Shown here in pieces: positions 46,803 through 56,861 of a stretch of 64,000 nucleotides of DNA. The stretch lies in contig JAJZNL010000036.1 of the NCBI GenBank assembly GCA_021852345.1, forward strand, positions 1,179-65,178, given 5' to 3'. The notes below the pieces were generated by a model. The model saw only the letters and a program-made list of their open reading frames with translations, had not been told where the DNA came from and did not search any database. The position numbers and the translations under genes were made by a program. Every line of letters begins with the position of its first letter. Within the stretch, counting starts at the first letter, position 1. Source of the DNA: Actinomycetes bacterium. GTDB lineage: Bacteria; Actinomycetota; Acidimicrobiia; Acidimicrobiales; JABEUL01.

Positions 46803-49800
46803 GTGTACCTTAAATCATTGGTATTAAAAGGTTTTAAATCATTTGCAGACACCACCGAGATTAATTTTGAACCCGGGGTTACCGTTGTCGTGGGTCCCAA
46901 CGGTTCGGGTAAATCAAATATTGTCGATGCGGTGGCGTGGGTGCTCGGTGCCCAGGGACCGTCAATCGTAAGATCATCCAAAATGGATGATGTTATTTTC
47001 GCTGGTAATGCCTCACAGGCAGCACTCGGTCGTGCCGAAGTTATTTTAACGATCGATAATTCTGCCCGCCGACTTCCCATTGATTTGTCCGAGGTGACTA
47101 TATCCAGGGTTCTTTTTAGGAACGGTGACAGTGAATATTTTATTAACGGCGCTCCGTGCAGGCTTTTGGACATTCAAGAATTGCTTTCTGATACCGGGGT
47201 CGGTAAGAGTCAGCACGTCATCATCTCTCAAGGCCAGATTGATGCCATATTGACAGCAAAGCCAGAGGATCGAAGAGCAGTAATTGAAGAAGCTGCGGGA
47301 GTTTTAAAATATCGTCGCCGAAAAGAAAAGGCTGAACGCCGACTTTTGGCTAGTCAGACAAATTTAGACAGAGTCCAAGACATGATGCGCGAAGTTAAGC
47401 GCCAAATCGGACCCCTTAAGAAACAAGCCTTGGCAGCCATAAGGTACTCGGAGATATCAGATGAACTTTATAAACTTAAGTTGTTTCAGAGCGGCCAAGA
47501 ACTTAAGAATCTTCAAAATCTTCTACATGGTTCGTTTGAAATGGAAGCTTCTTTAAAACTGGTCGAATCCGAATTGGAAAGAAAGATCGGCGAAGCGTTA
47601 GAAAAAGAATCGCTAAATCAACAGAAACTTATTAGGGGTCAAGATACTGACTTGACGGCCAAAGTATCAACCTTAAACAGCCTGAAAGAAAAGACTAAAG
47701 GTTTAACGGCCGTAATTGTCGAACGGAGAAGACTCTATGAATCAAAAAGAACTCAGGTATTGGATGAGCAAGTAGTCAACAGCCTTGAGGCTGAAGCCAC
47801 CGAACTGACTAAAAATTTGGAAGAGCTTAGCGCCGAAAGGATAAAGCTAGCTCCGATGGCAAACGAGATTGAGACTACCGAAACTCATCTAGCATCACTT
47901 AAGGTCAGTTACGAGGAGTTGTTTGGAGAATCAGAATCTGGATCTGGGGACAACCCAAATTCAAAATTTAATGAATCAAAAGCCATGTTGGAAGGGCTGC
48001 ATAAGGCAAATATTTCTACCGAAAGGTTTTTAAGTCAACTGCATCAAAACCAGCAATCGGCAGATCAGAATTTTAAAGCTCTCACCGGCGAGCAGGAAGC
48101 TATAAATGAGTCACTGGGTGAGATTAATGCTTCTTTAAATAAAATGGAATCTGAAAAATCAGAGATTGAACTTTTGTTAAATTCAAATTTAATTGAATTA
48201 AAATCCGTTAGGTCAGCAAAAGAATCTATTGAAGACAAGCTCAAAGCGGCGCAGATAGACCGAGGAACTTTGGAAAACGCCCTGTCTACGGCCATGAGTG
48301 AGTCTGGAGCGACTGAGCTAATGGGTCAAAGCGAAGTGATCGGCGTATTTGGTGATTTGATTCTAATTGAACCAGGTTACGAAAAGGCGGTAACGGCGGC
48401 AATAGGACCTCTTCTAACGCGAGCGGTTGCAAAAAATGCGACGAGTGCCTTCGACATTCTTAAGGAGTTTAGCTCTAACAATCGCTCTCCTATCGTGATT
48501 CCGTCTTTAGATTTCAAGGGCGTAGGAGATCAGATAAGTTCTTACGGCGAACAATCCCACAAAGTTAAAAAGCTAGCTGACTGTTTAAAGGTAACGCAGT
48601 CAGATCATAAAGGTTTTATCCAAGGTCTATTGGAAGGTTATTTTGTTTATGACGGCGATGAATTTGGAGAAGATTTTATCGACTCGGTTAAAAAGATGCT
48701 TGCCGAGAAAAATGCGGTAATTGTTTCCAAACGTGGAGACAGATTCTCTCGCGACGGATGGTATTTAAAATCGGATTCGGCCGTTATTGTTACTGCTACC
48801 TCTGAAGCTTTAAATAAAGCAACAAAAAATTGTGAGACTTTAAATAACGACCTTACGAATTTAGTTGATAGCATTTATAAGCTTCAGGCAATACATGATC
48901 AATATGAAACTGCTTTGAAAGAAAAGAATTTTGAAATAAATAAATTGTCTTTTGAAATAGTCGCCAAAGAAAATCAATTAAGTCGCCTCAAAAGAGATTT
49001 GGAAGCCTCCCAGCTGCAAAAACTTAACATTGAATTGAAAATACAGGAGCAATCCACTAAGTTCAATGAAGAAATCGAACAGATAAACACGATTAAAGAT
49101 CAATTGGAGCAACTACGTCAAGCTAGCGAAGAGTATGTAAGTCGAATGAATCAAAAGCGTGAGTTGTCCGACAAACTCTCGGAAATTCAGTACCTCTTGA
49201 ACCAAAAAGTAAATCAATTTCAAAAGCTTGAAGCTACACTGAGCGAAAGAAAAGCTAATTTTCAAAATAGATTAAATGAAATTGAAAAAAGGCTTGAAGG
49301 AAAAGAGGAGCAGCGAAGTCAAGCTAAAAAATTACTTGAAGCCATAGAGATACAGTCTCAGGGTCTTGCGTCGCTGCAGGAGATGGCAAACAGAACTCAA
49401 AAGTTGATCGACAGCGAACTAGTTGTATTAAACGTACATATACAGACTAACCAACAGGCGTTGCAAGAGGCAAGTCAAGAGCTTGAATTTGCCAGGAAAA
49501 ACCGGGGAGAGTTTGACCGTGAATTGCTACAAAGTCGAGATATGATTCAAAAGCAGCAGATTGTTCAGGCTGAAACTAAAGTGAAGTTGGAACATATCAG
49601 GGACTTTATTTTAAATGATATCGACAGTACGCTAGAAGAAGCCGACGCATGCCAAGAGCCGGTGCTGCCGCCTGGTATAACGTATCGCGAGCGCATCTAC
49701 TCTTTGGAAAAAGAGATGAAAAGTCTAGGTCCCGTAAATGCTTTAGCTGACACTGAGTTAGAAGAGCTGGAACAAAGATATCTATACCTAGCAGAGCAGC

Positions 49801-50333
49801 TGGAAGATATTAGGAAGGCTCGTCGCGAGCTGAGTTCATTAATAAGATCGATTGACGAAGAGATATCGCATGAATTTGAATCTGCTTTTATAGATGTGAA
49901 ATCTAACTATAAGTCGCTTTTAGAGGTGTTGTTCCCGGGCGGATCCGGCGATCTGATATTGACCGATACCGAACATCTACTTGAAACTGGAATAGAAATA
50001 GAAGCCAGACCTGCCGGAAGAACCGTGAAAAAACTTTCTCTTCTTTCGGGCGGAGAGAGATCGTTGGTAGCTATGGCATTTCTGTTTGCCGTTTTTAGGT
50101 CGCGACCTTCCCCCTTCTATTTAATGGACGAAGTCGAAGCTGCCTTGGATGACCTTAACTTAGCCAGGTTTTTAAATCTGATAAATGAATTTAGAACTAC
50201 GGCTCAACTTATAATAGTTTCTCACCAAAAAAGAACCATGGAGAATGCAGATGCTCTTTACGGAGTGTCGATGCAACCGGGTGGATCTACTAAAGTCGTC
50301 AGCGAAAAACTGGCATCTTCGAGGCAGTCCTAG
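46803..50333 (+). CDS. smc: Chromosome partition protein Smc
   Basis: 1176 aa. It has an N-terminal Walker A (GPNGSGKSN), long coiled coils, a hinge, the C-terminal signature LSGGERSL and Walker B (FYLMDEVEAALD). GTG start. Confidence 0.97.
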   Translation: MYLKSLVLKGFKSFADTTEINFEPGVTVVVGPNGSGKSNIVDAVAWVLGAQGPSIVRSSKMDDVIFAGNASQAALGRAEVILTIDNSARRLPIDLSEVTISRVLFRNGDSEYFINGAPCRLLDIQELLSDTGVGKSQHVIISQGQIDAILTAKPEDRRAVIEEAAGVLKYRRRKEKAERRLLASQTNLDRVQDMMREVKRQIGPLKKQALAAIRYSEISDELYKLKLFQSGQELKNLQNLLHGSFEMEASLKLVESELERKIGEALEKESLNQQKLIRGQDTDLTAKVSTLNSLKEKTKGLTAVIVERRRLYESKRTQVLDEQVVNSLEAEATELTKNLEELSAERIKLAPMANEIETTETHLASLKVSYEELFGESESGSGDNPNSKFNESKAMLEGLHKANISTERFLSQLHQNQQSADQNFKALTGEQEAINESLGEINASLNKMESEKSEIELLLNSNLIELKSVRSAKESIEDKLKAAQIDRGTLENALSTAMSESGATELMGQSEVIGVFGDLILIEPGYEKAVTAAIGPLLTRAVAKNATSAFDILKEFSSNNRSPIVIPSLDFKGVGDQISSYGEQSHKVKKLADCLKVTQSDHKGFIQGLLEGYFVYDGDEFGEDFIDSVKKMLAEKNAVIVSKRGDRFSRDGWYLKSDSAVIVTATSEALNKATKNCETLNNDLTNLVDSIYKLQAIHDQYETALKEKNFEINKLSFEIVAKENQLSRLKRDLEASQLQKLNIELKIQEQSTKFNEEIEQINTIKDQLEQLRQASEEYVSRMNQKRELSDKLSEIQYLLNQKVNQFQKLEATLSERKANFQNRLNEIEKRLEGKEEQRSQAKKLLEAIEIQSQGLASLQEMANRTQKLIDSELVVLNVHIQTNQQALQEASQELEFARKNRGEFDRELLQSRDMIQKQQIVQAETKVKLEHIRDFILNDIDSTLEEADACQEPVLPPGITYRERIYSLEKEMKSLGPVNALADTELEELEQRYLYLAEQLEDIRKARRELSSLIRSIDEEISHEFESAFIDVKSNYKSLLEVLFPGGSGDLILTDTEHLLETGIEIEARPAGRTVKKLSLLSGGERSLVAMAFLFAVFRSRPSPFYLMDEVEAALDDLNLARFLNLINEFRTTAQLIIVSHQKRTMENADALYGVSMQPGGSTKVVSEKLASSRQS

Positions 50334-50449
50334 CTAAAATCATTTGAGATAGCTGTTTCGTAGGTGGCTTTCTTATAAATAAATGTCGGTAAACGTCTAT
50401 TTTTTGAGGTTTTTACAATCAATGGTTTTTATCGTTTAAAATCTTTTTT

Positions 50450-51616
50450 GTGATTGTTGCATTAATTGTTATCGGCATAGTTATCGTTTTAGCTATTTTA
50501 TTGGGGGTTGGGTTTTTATATTCCCGTACGCGGAAGATGTCCAAACTTGTATCGGACATTCCTAATTTGCTTAAGGATGGCAAGCTGGACGAAGATCTTT
50601 TGGCTAAAGCGGGATTAACGAAACAGTCCGAGGAACAAAAAAAATCACAACTGGAAATAATTCCGGAAATAAAGCTAGAGGAGGTGCTTGCAGATTCTCT
50701 TTCACTTAAGGACAGGCTGGCAACTTCAAGATCCGTATTTTCAAGTTATATCCCAAAAATATCTAAGTCTTCATCACTGTCAAATCAGGTTTACAATGAT
50801 TTAGAAGAAGCTATGCTGTTAGCTGATGTCGGCTTGCCGGCTACCACAGCGATTTTAAACAATATTAAAACAAAGCTTAAAGAGGAACCTCAATTAAATT
50901 CGGAGATATTGATTGGAATTCTTAAAGATGAACTAGTCAAATCGCTAACCGTGGGAGATAGAAATCTGAAATTTCCCGATGTCAAAGACGAATCTGGGAA
51001 AAAACGACCCGTCGTTTATCTTTTTGTAGGTGTCAACGGTGTCGGCAAAACAACCACCATCGGCAAGATGGCCGCTAAATTCGTATCCGAAGATAAGAAA
51101 GTTATGTTGGCTGCGGGCGATACGTTTCGAGCGGCAGCCACCGAACAGCTAAAGCTTTGGGGTGAGAAAACAGGATGCGAAGTAATTTCGGGACAGGATG
51201 GCGCCGATCCGGCTTCTGTTATTTTTGATGCTATTAACAGCGCTTACTCTAAGGGTTATGATGTCGTATTGGCAGACACCGCAGGTCGTCTTCAGAATAA
51301 AGTGAATCTTATGCAGGAATTAAAGAAAGTCAAAAAGGTTGCTTCGAAAGACCCTGGTCTGCTTGCTGAAGTGTTGTTGGTTGTAGATGCGACGACTGGA
51401 CAAAACGGAGTCGTGCAGGCTAAAGTATTTAAAGAAGCGACGGACTTAACGGGAATAGTTCTGACAAAATTGGACGGTTCTGCCAAGGGTGGAGTTTCAA
51501 TCTCCATCGGTCAAACTTTGGGAGTACCTGTCAAATTGATAGGTGTGGGGGAAAAAGCTCAAGACTTGATTCCATTTGAGCCGCAAGAATTTGTAGATGC
51601 GCTACTGGATGTCTAG
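50450..51616 (+). CDS. ftsY: Signal recognition particle receptor FtsY
   Basis: It has an N-terminal TM anchor and an NG domain with GVNGVGKTTT, DTAGR and TKLDG. Confidence 0.95.
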   Translation: MIVALIVIGIVIVLAILLGVGFLYSRTRKMSKLVSDIPNLLKDGKLDEDLLAKAGLTKQSEEQKKSQLEIIPEIKLEEVLADSLSLKDRLATSRSVFSSYIPKISKSSSLSNQVYNDLEEAMLLADVGLPATTAILNNIKTKLKEEPQLNSEILIGILKDELVKSLTVGDRNLKFPDVKDESGKKRPVVYLFVGVNGVGKTTTIGKMAAKFVSEDKKVMLAAGDTFRAAATEQLKLWGEKTGCEVISGQDGADPASVIFDAINSAYSKGYDVVLADTAGRLQNKVNLMQELKKVKKVASKDPGLLAEVLLVVDATTGQNGVVQAKVFKEATDLTGIVLTKLDGSAKGGVSISIGQTLGVPVKLIGVGEKAQDLIPFEPQEFVDALLDV

Positions 51617-51698
51617 ATCGCAGAGCCGCCCCTTGTTATTAATGAAACAGCCCGACGAATAAAAACTTAATTAACGATATTTAAAATTCAGGAATTCA

Positions 51699-52706
51699 AT
51701 GGCGATGAAAGAGCGTAAAAAACGATATAAAACTAAGATCGATTTGGTGGCTTCCATCTTGGACACCATGTCTGTGGTCGCCGGAGAGGATCCTGATCTT
51801 TTGGATTTGAAGATGATCGACGTTGTCTTGGCCGAAATGGCCGAAGCATTTCGAACTTTTAGGCCTTATAGAGACAAGCAAAAAGTAACTATATTTGGCT
51901 CAGCCAGAACCGACCAGGATGAGCCTTTGTATCAGGCGACCAAAAACTTTGCAGAACAGATTTCTAAACACGATTGGATGGTCGTTACCGGTGCGGGACC
52001 TGGGATTATGTCTGCGGGGATTGAAGGTGCCGGTACGCAAAACGCAATCGGAGTTAATATTAGGCTACCCTTTGAGCAACAGCCCAATGCATTTTTGGCT
52101 CACGATCCAAAGCTGGTTCAAATGAAGTATTTTTTCACAAGAAAGCTTATGCTGATAAAAGAGTCCGATGCATATATAATTTTGCCTGGAGGTTTCGGTA
52201 CGCAAGATGAAGGATTTGAATTACTGACTTTAGTGCAAACGGGTAAGGCACTTCCTGCCCCGATCGTGTTACTGGACGTCCCTGGAGACGATTATTGGGA
52301 TACATGGATCCATTTTGTAAGACATGCAATTGAATCTAGGGGATTTATCTCATCGGATGACTCAAAACTCTTTTTGAGAACCGATTCGCCGGAGAAAGCA
52401 GTTGAATATATTCTTAAGTTTTATTCAAATTATAAGTCGATTCGTTGGGTTAACGATAATCTGATTATCAGATTAATTGAAGAGCCTTCAAGTAATGATC
52501 TTAAAAAGTTATCCAATGAATTTTCTGACATCCTGTTGGATGGTAAAATCGAAGTGGTCGAACCGACAAAGTTTGAAGTTATGGACAATGATGCTTTGGA
52601 TCTGAAGCGATTGAAAGTTAAGTTCACAAAACGAAACTACGGAAGGTTGGTTGAGTTAATCTGGAAACTAAATGGGATAGATAGTTTGTTTAGTTTCGAT
52701 GACTAA
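51699..52706 (+). CDS. LOG/TIGR00730-family Rossmann protein (nucleotide nucleosidase-like) with a C-terminal extension
   Basis: It has VTIFGSAR, VVTGAGPGIM and the PGGFGTQDEGFE motif. A ~100-aa C-terminal segment is of unknown function. Confidence 0.85.
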   Translation: MAMKERKKRYKTKIDLVASILDTMSVVAGEDPDLLDLKMIDVVLAEMAEAFRTFRPYRDKQKVTIFGSARTDQDEPLYQATKNFAEQISKHDWMVVTGAGPGIMSAGIEGAGTQNAIGVNIRLPFEQQPNAFLAHDPKLVQMKYFFTRKLMLIKESDAYIILPGGFGTQDEGFELLTLVQTGKALPAPIVLLDVPGDDYWDTWIHFVRHAIESRGFISSDDSKLFLRTDSPEKAVEYILKFYSNYKSIRWVNDNLIIRLIEEPSSNDLKKLSNEFSDILLDGKIEVVEPTKFEVMDNDALDLKRLKVKFTKRNYGRLVELIWKLNGIDSLFSFDD

Positions 52707-52748
52707 GATTAAATTGTAAAAAGATTAAATTGTAAAAAGATTAAATTG
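52705..52748. repeat. Period-16 tandem repeat (about 2.75 copies) starting at the stop codon of the LOG-family gene
   Basis: gattaaattgtaaaaa occurs at 52707-52722 and 52723-52738, followed by a partial copy gattaaattg at 52739-52748. Confidence 0.95.
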
Positions 52749-52768
52749 CGGTATTTTAAACCGCAATT
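52744..52768 (+). terminator. 9-bp perfect hairpin after the LOG-family gene (candidate terminator)
   Basis: aattgcggt-attttaa-accgcaatt. The left arm overlaps the third (partial) repeat copy. Confidence 0.45.
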
Positions 52769-52813
52769 GTCTCCACAAAACGATTACAAAAATATAGAAA
52801 GTTAGGGTTATCA

Positions 52814-53869
52814 ATGGCGATAAACGTAGAACAGCTTTTGGGGGATCAAGCTGGTGATCTTTTAAATCATAATTGTCAAACAGTTTCGCATGATATGTTG
52901 ACGTTACCAAGCGCAACTTATTTGGACGATGTGTTTGTGAACTCCGACAGATCACCTCAAGTAATTAGGAATATGGGAGCCGTGTTTGGCCACGGGCGTT
53001 TGAAAGATACTGGATACATATCAATTTTGCCTGTAGATCAAGGGATTGAGCACTCAGGAGCAGCAAGTTTTTCTAAAAACCCTATCTATTTTGATCCGGA
53101 AAATCTATGCAAATTGGCGATTGAGGGCGGTTGTTCGGCAATCGCTACAACTTTAGGCGTTTTAGGTTTAACCTCAAGAAAATATGCCCATAAAATACCT
53201 TTTATTGTCAAACTTAATCACAATGAGCTGCTTACCTATCCTAATCAGGCAGATCAAGTCCTTTTTGCTTCGCCGTTGCAGGCATATAACCTCGGAGCCG
53301 TGGGAGTCGGCGCCACTATTTACTTTGGATCTGAGCAATCGACCAGACAAATTGTCGAGATATCAGAAGCATTCCATGAGGCTCATGAATTGGGAATGTT
53401 TACGGTACTGTGGTGTTATCTAAGAAATCCAGCGTTTAAAAAAGACGGAGTGGACTATCATGTGTCCGCTGATTTAACGGGACAAGCAAATCACATTGGA
53501 GTAACCATAGAAGCTGATATCGTCAAACAAAAACAACCGGAAAACAATGGGGGGTATACGGCTATAAATTTTGGGAAAACTGATCCGCTTGTTTACGAAA
53601 AGCTGACATCTGCGCATCCGATTGATTTGACAAGATGGCAAGTAGTCAACTGCTACATGGGTAAGATCGGACTTATCAATTCGGGAGGAGAGTCCAAGGG
53701 CGCCGACGATTTGGCACAAGCAGTAAGGACTGCTGTGATAAATAAGAGAGCTGGAGGCATGGGGTTAATAGTTGGGAGAAAGGCATTTCAAAGACCGATG
53801 GATGACGGAGTAAAGCTTTTGAATGCTATTCAAGATGTATTTTTGGATCAATCAGTAACGGTGGCATGA
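52814..53869 (+). CDS. fbaB: Class I fructose-bisphosphate aldolase, FbaB type
   Basis: 351 aa, near-colinear with my recollection of E. coli FbaB. Shared segments: [70 protein letters not shown]. Confidence 0.93.
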   Translation: MAINVEQLLGDQAGDLLNHNCQTVSHDMLTLPSATYLDDVFVNSDRSPQVIRNMGAVFGHGRLKDTGYISILPVDQGIEHSGAASFSKNPIYFDPENLCKLAIEGGCSAIATTLGVLGLTSRKYAHKIPFIVKLNHNELLTYPNQADQVLFASPLQAYNLGAVGVGATIYFGSEQSTRQIVEISEAFHEAHELGMFTVLWCYLRNPAFKKDGVDYHVSADLTGQANHIGVTIEADIVKQKQPENNGGYTAINFGKTDPLVYEKLTSAHPIDLTRWQVVNCYMGKIGLINSGGESKGADDLAQAVRTAVINKRAGGMGLIVGRKAFQRPMDDGVKLLNAIQDVFLDQSVTVA

Positions 53870-53873
53870 AATT

Positions 53874-55736
53874 ATGACAGTTAAAAATGAAACATTAGAC
53901 AGAATTGTAATAAGATTTGCTGGAGACTCCGGTGACGGTATGCAGCTTACAGGTGATAGATTCACTGAAAGTTCGGCATTATTCGGTAATGACCTTTCAA
54001 CCTTTCCCAATTTTCCTGCTGAGATTAGAGCTCCGGCTGGAACTATAGCCGGTGTTTCCGCATTTCAGGTTCACATTGCTGATCACGATATCTTAACTCC
54101 GGGGGACGCCCCTAGCGTGCTTGTGGCAATGAACCCCGCTGCTCTTAAAGCTAACATCGGTGATTTGGATCAGGAGGGTATGTTGATTGTTAACTCTGAT
54201 TCGTTTGATGAAAGGTCTTTGAACAAAGCAGGCTATAGCTCGAATCCGCTGACTGACGATTCGCTCAAAAATTATAGGGTATACGAAATACCTATGACAA
54301 CTCTCACCTTGGAAGCGACAAAAGAGACTGGGGCTAAACCTAGAGATGCCGAGCGTTCTAAGAACTTTTTTGCTTTGGGTCTGATTACCTGGATGTTTAA
54401 TAGGCCATTCGAAGATACATTGGAGTGGATTAAAAAGAAGTTTGCAAGTCGCGAAATCGTTCTTGAATCAAACCTTGTAGCGTATAAGGCGGGCCACGCA
54501 TTTGGTGAAACCGCCGAGCTCTTTGGGTCAAGTTATACCGTCGGACCGGCACATTTTGCTAAAGGAACATATACCAATATAACCGGAAATCATGCCACTG
54601 CGTTGGGAATTGTCGCAGCTGGCCTTCTGTCGGATATGGAAGTTTTGTTGGGTACTTATCCGATCACACCGGCATCGGATATATTGCACGAGCTATCCAA
54701 GCTTAGGCATTATAACGTTAAAACATTTCAGGCCGAAGACGAGATTGCTGGAGTCGGAGCCGCACTGGGGGCTTCTTATGGCGGCAGTTTGGGAGTAACT
54801 ACGACTTCAGGACCTGGAGTAGATCTTAAATCCGAAATGGTAGGTCTTGCCGTCAGTTTGGAGCTGCCACTTTTAGTTATAGATGTTCAAAGAGCTGGTC
54901 CGTCAACTGGCCTTCCTACCAAGACCGAGCAGGGAGATTTACTTCTGGCAATGTACGGTAGGCACGGAGAATCTCCAGTTCCGATAGTGGCTGCTTTGAC
55001 TCCGTCTGATTGTTTTAATGCAGCTATAGAAGCCGCCAGAATAGCAATAAAGTATCGTACCCCCGTCATACTTTTGACTGATGGCTATCTTGCCAACGGT
55101 TCGGAGCCGTGGTTGCTTCCAGACACCAGCAAGCTGGAAAAGATAGACCCGAACTTTAAAACTGAACCCAATCATGTGAATTCGGACGGAACGGGCTCGT
55201 TTTATCCATATATCCGTGATCCAAAAACATTAATAAGAGATATGGCAATCCCTGGGACTCCTGGTTTGGAGCATCGGATTGGTGGTCTGGAAAAGGCAAA
55301 TGAAATAGGATCGGTTTCTTATGATTCCTTAAATCACGAGTTGATGGTAACTTTGCGAAACAAAAAGATTGAAGGAATTCAAGATGATATTCCTCTGGCT
55401 GAGGTTGACGATCCAAGTTCGGATGCCGATATCTTGCTTTTGGGATGGGGATCAACATACGGAGCTATCGCAGCTGGTGCCAGGCGTCTTAGAGCATTAG
55501 ACAAAAAGGTTGCTCATCTGCAATTGAGGCATTTGAATCCTTTTCCAAAAAATTTAGAAGAGATACTGTCTACATACGAGACAATAATAGTGCCGGAAAT
55601 TAATCTGGGCCAGCTGTCCAAATTAATTGCAGCAAAATATCTGGTCAGTGTGCAATCTTTCACTAAAGTTCAAGGTGTTCCCTTTAAAGCCGCGGAAATT
55701 GAAAGATACGTATTAAATATGATTAAGGAGAACTGA
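53874..55736 (+). CDS. korA: 2-oxoglutarate/2-oxoacid:ferredoxin oxidoreductase subunit alpha (fused gamma-alpha)
   Basis: 620 aa. It starts with RFAGDSGDGMQLTG, followed by an alpha domain (GTYPITPASDI). Confidence 0.92.
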   Translation: MTVKNETLDRIVIRFAGDSGDGMQLTGDRFTESSALFGNDLSTFPNFPAEIRAPAGTIAGVSAFQVHIADHDILTPGDAPSVLVAMNPAALKANIGDLDQEGMLIVNSDSFDERSLNKAGYSSNPLTDDSLKNYRVYEIPMTTLTLEATKETGAKPRDAERSKNFFALGLITWMFNRPFEDTLEWIKKKFASREIVLESNLVAYKAGHAFGETAELFGSSYTVGPAHFAKGTYTNITGNHATALGIVAAGLLSDMEVLLGTYPITPASDILHELSKLRHYNVKTFQAEDEIAGVGAALGASYGGSLGVTTTSGPGVDLKSEMVGLAVSLELPLLVIDVQRAGPSTGLPTKTEQGDLLLAMYGRHGESPVPIVAALTPSDCFNAAIEAARIAIKYRTPVILLTDGYLANGSEPWLLPDTSKLEKIDPNFKTEPNHVNSDGTGSFYPYIRDPKTLIRDMAIPGTPGLEHRIGGLEKANEIGSVSYDSLNHELMVTLRNKKIEGIQDDIPLAEVDDPSSDADILLLGWGSTYGAIAAGARRLRALDKKVAHLQLRHLNPFPKNLEEILSTYETIIVPEINLGQLSKLIAAKYLVSVQSFTKVQGVPFKAAEIERYVLNMIKEN

Positions 55737-56743
55737 TGACTGTTACTACACGAAAAGATTGGGCATCGGATCAAGAGGTAAAGTGGTGTCCAGGATGCGG
55801 TGACTACTCTATTCTGGCTGCGGTTCAGCTATTGATGCCCGAATTTGGGATTGAGCGATCCAACACGGTGTTTGTTTCGGGTATTGGCTGTGCAGCAAGG
55901 TTCCCATACTACATGAATACCTACGGCGTACACTCAATTCATGGTAGGGCGCCGACATTTGCAACTGGACTTGCTTTGACCAGACCGGATTTGGACATAT
56001 GGGTTGTGTCAGGTGACGGCGACGCGCTATCTATTGGTGGCAATCACCTTATTCATGCGCTCAGACGAAACGTAAATATTAAAATACTATTGTTCAACAA
56101 TCAGATCTACGGATTGACAAAAGGTCAATACTCTCCAACTTCTGAAATTGGCAAAGTGACAAAATCATCTCCATTTGGATCTATTCTAAGTCCTTTCAAC
56201 CCGATAAGTCTGGCCTTGGGCGCCGAAGCAACATTTGTGGCAAGATCTCATGATATGGATCGAAACCATATGATGGAAATGATGCGACGCGCACACGATC
56301 ATAAAGGTTCCGCACTGGTTGAAATTTATCAAAATTGTAATGTATTCAATGACGGTGCCTTTAACGAGATAACCTCTAAGGATAAAAGAGCGGATAATCT
56401 AATTAACCTATCTGATAACGAGAAAATAATTTTTGGTCAAAACAATGATAAATGTGTTGTTTACGATCGTGAAAACGGTGTAAAGATTGCAGATGTTAGC
56501 TCCGTCACTGAAGATGAAATTGTTGTATATAATTCCAAACTTGAAAATCCGGCTTTGGCGTTTGCGATTTCTAGGTTAGCTTCGGGACCTTATTCTCCAA
56601 CTCCTGTAGGCGTATTCCGAGATGTTCAAAAGAGCGAATACGGAGAAGCCTTGAGGGCTCAGACTCAAGATGCCGTTGATAAAAAAGGCAGAGGTACCAT
56701 GGAAGGTCTTTTGAGCGCGTTGCCGACTTGGACCGTGGATTAA
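55736..56743 (+). CDS. korB: 2-oxoglutarate/2-oxoacid:ferredoxin oxidoreductase subunit beta
   Basis: It has WCPGCGDY and a TPP-binding GDGD motif. Its start overlaps the korA stop (TGATG), with an AAGGAG Shine-Dalgarno at 55725-55730. Confidence 0.92.
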   Translation: MTVTTRKDWASDQEVKWCPGCGDYSILAAVQLLMPEFGIERSNTVFVSGIGCAARFPYYMNTYGVHSIHGRAPTFATGLALTRPDLDIWVVSGDGDALSIGGNHLIHALRRNVNIKILLFNNQIYGLTKGQYSPTSEIGKVTKSSPFGSILSPFNPISLALGAEATFVARSHDMDRNHMMEMMRRAHDHKGSALVEIYQNCNVFNDGAFNEITSKDKRADNLINLSDNEKIIFGQNNDKCVVYDRENGVKIADVSSVTEDEIVVYNSKLENPALAFAISRLASGPYSPTPVGVFRDVQKSEYGEALRAQTQDAVDKKGRGTMEGLLSALPTWTVD

Positions 56744-56806
56744 TTTATCTCCAAATCGGTAAGTATTACATCAAATTAATTTGGCTACGGGCATATTTTA
56801 TCCTTC

Positions 56807-56835
56807 GTCAGGTTGATCTGGTCAGGTTTGATCTG
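56807..56835. repeat. Imperfect 14/15-bp tandem duplication in the convergent korB / DUF1015 spacer
   Basis: gtcaggttgatctg is followed directly by gtcaggtttgatctg. Confidence 0.9.
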
Positions 56836-56861
56836 TCTTTAAAAGTTTTACTCATGAATGA

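Noticed and set aside
46688-47173. A 161-aa minus-strand ORF overlaps the smc start and the upstream spacer.
   Set aside because: It is antisense to the highly conserved SMC Walker A region and has low-complexity composition. There is no independent support, so it is most likely a shadow ORF.
52725-52955. A 76-aa minus-strand ORF overlaps the fbaB start and the repeat/hairpin region.
   Set aside because: It is antisense to the very well conserved FbaB N-terminus and has low-complexity composition.
53184-55458. Assorted 60-100-aa ORFs on both strands lie inside fbaB and korA.
   Set aside because: All are nested in strongly supported CDSs and lack motifs; they are shadow ORFs.
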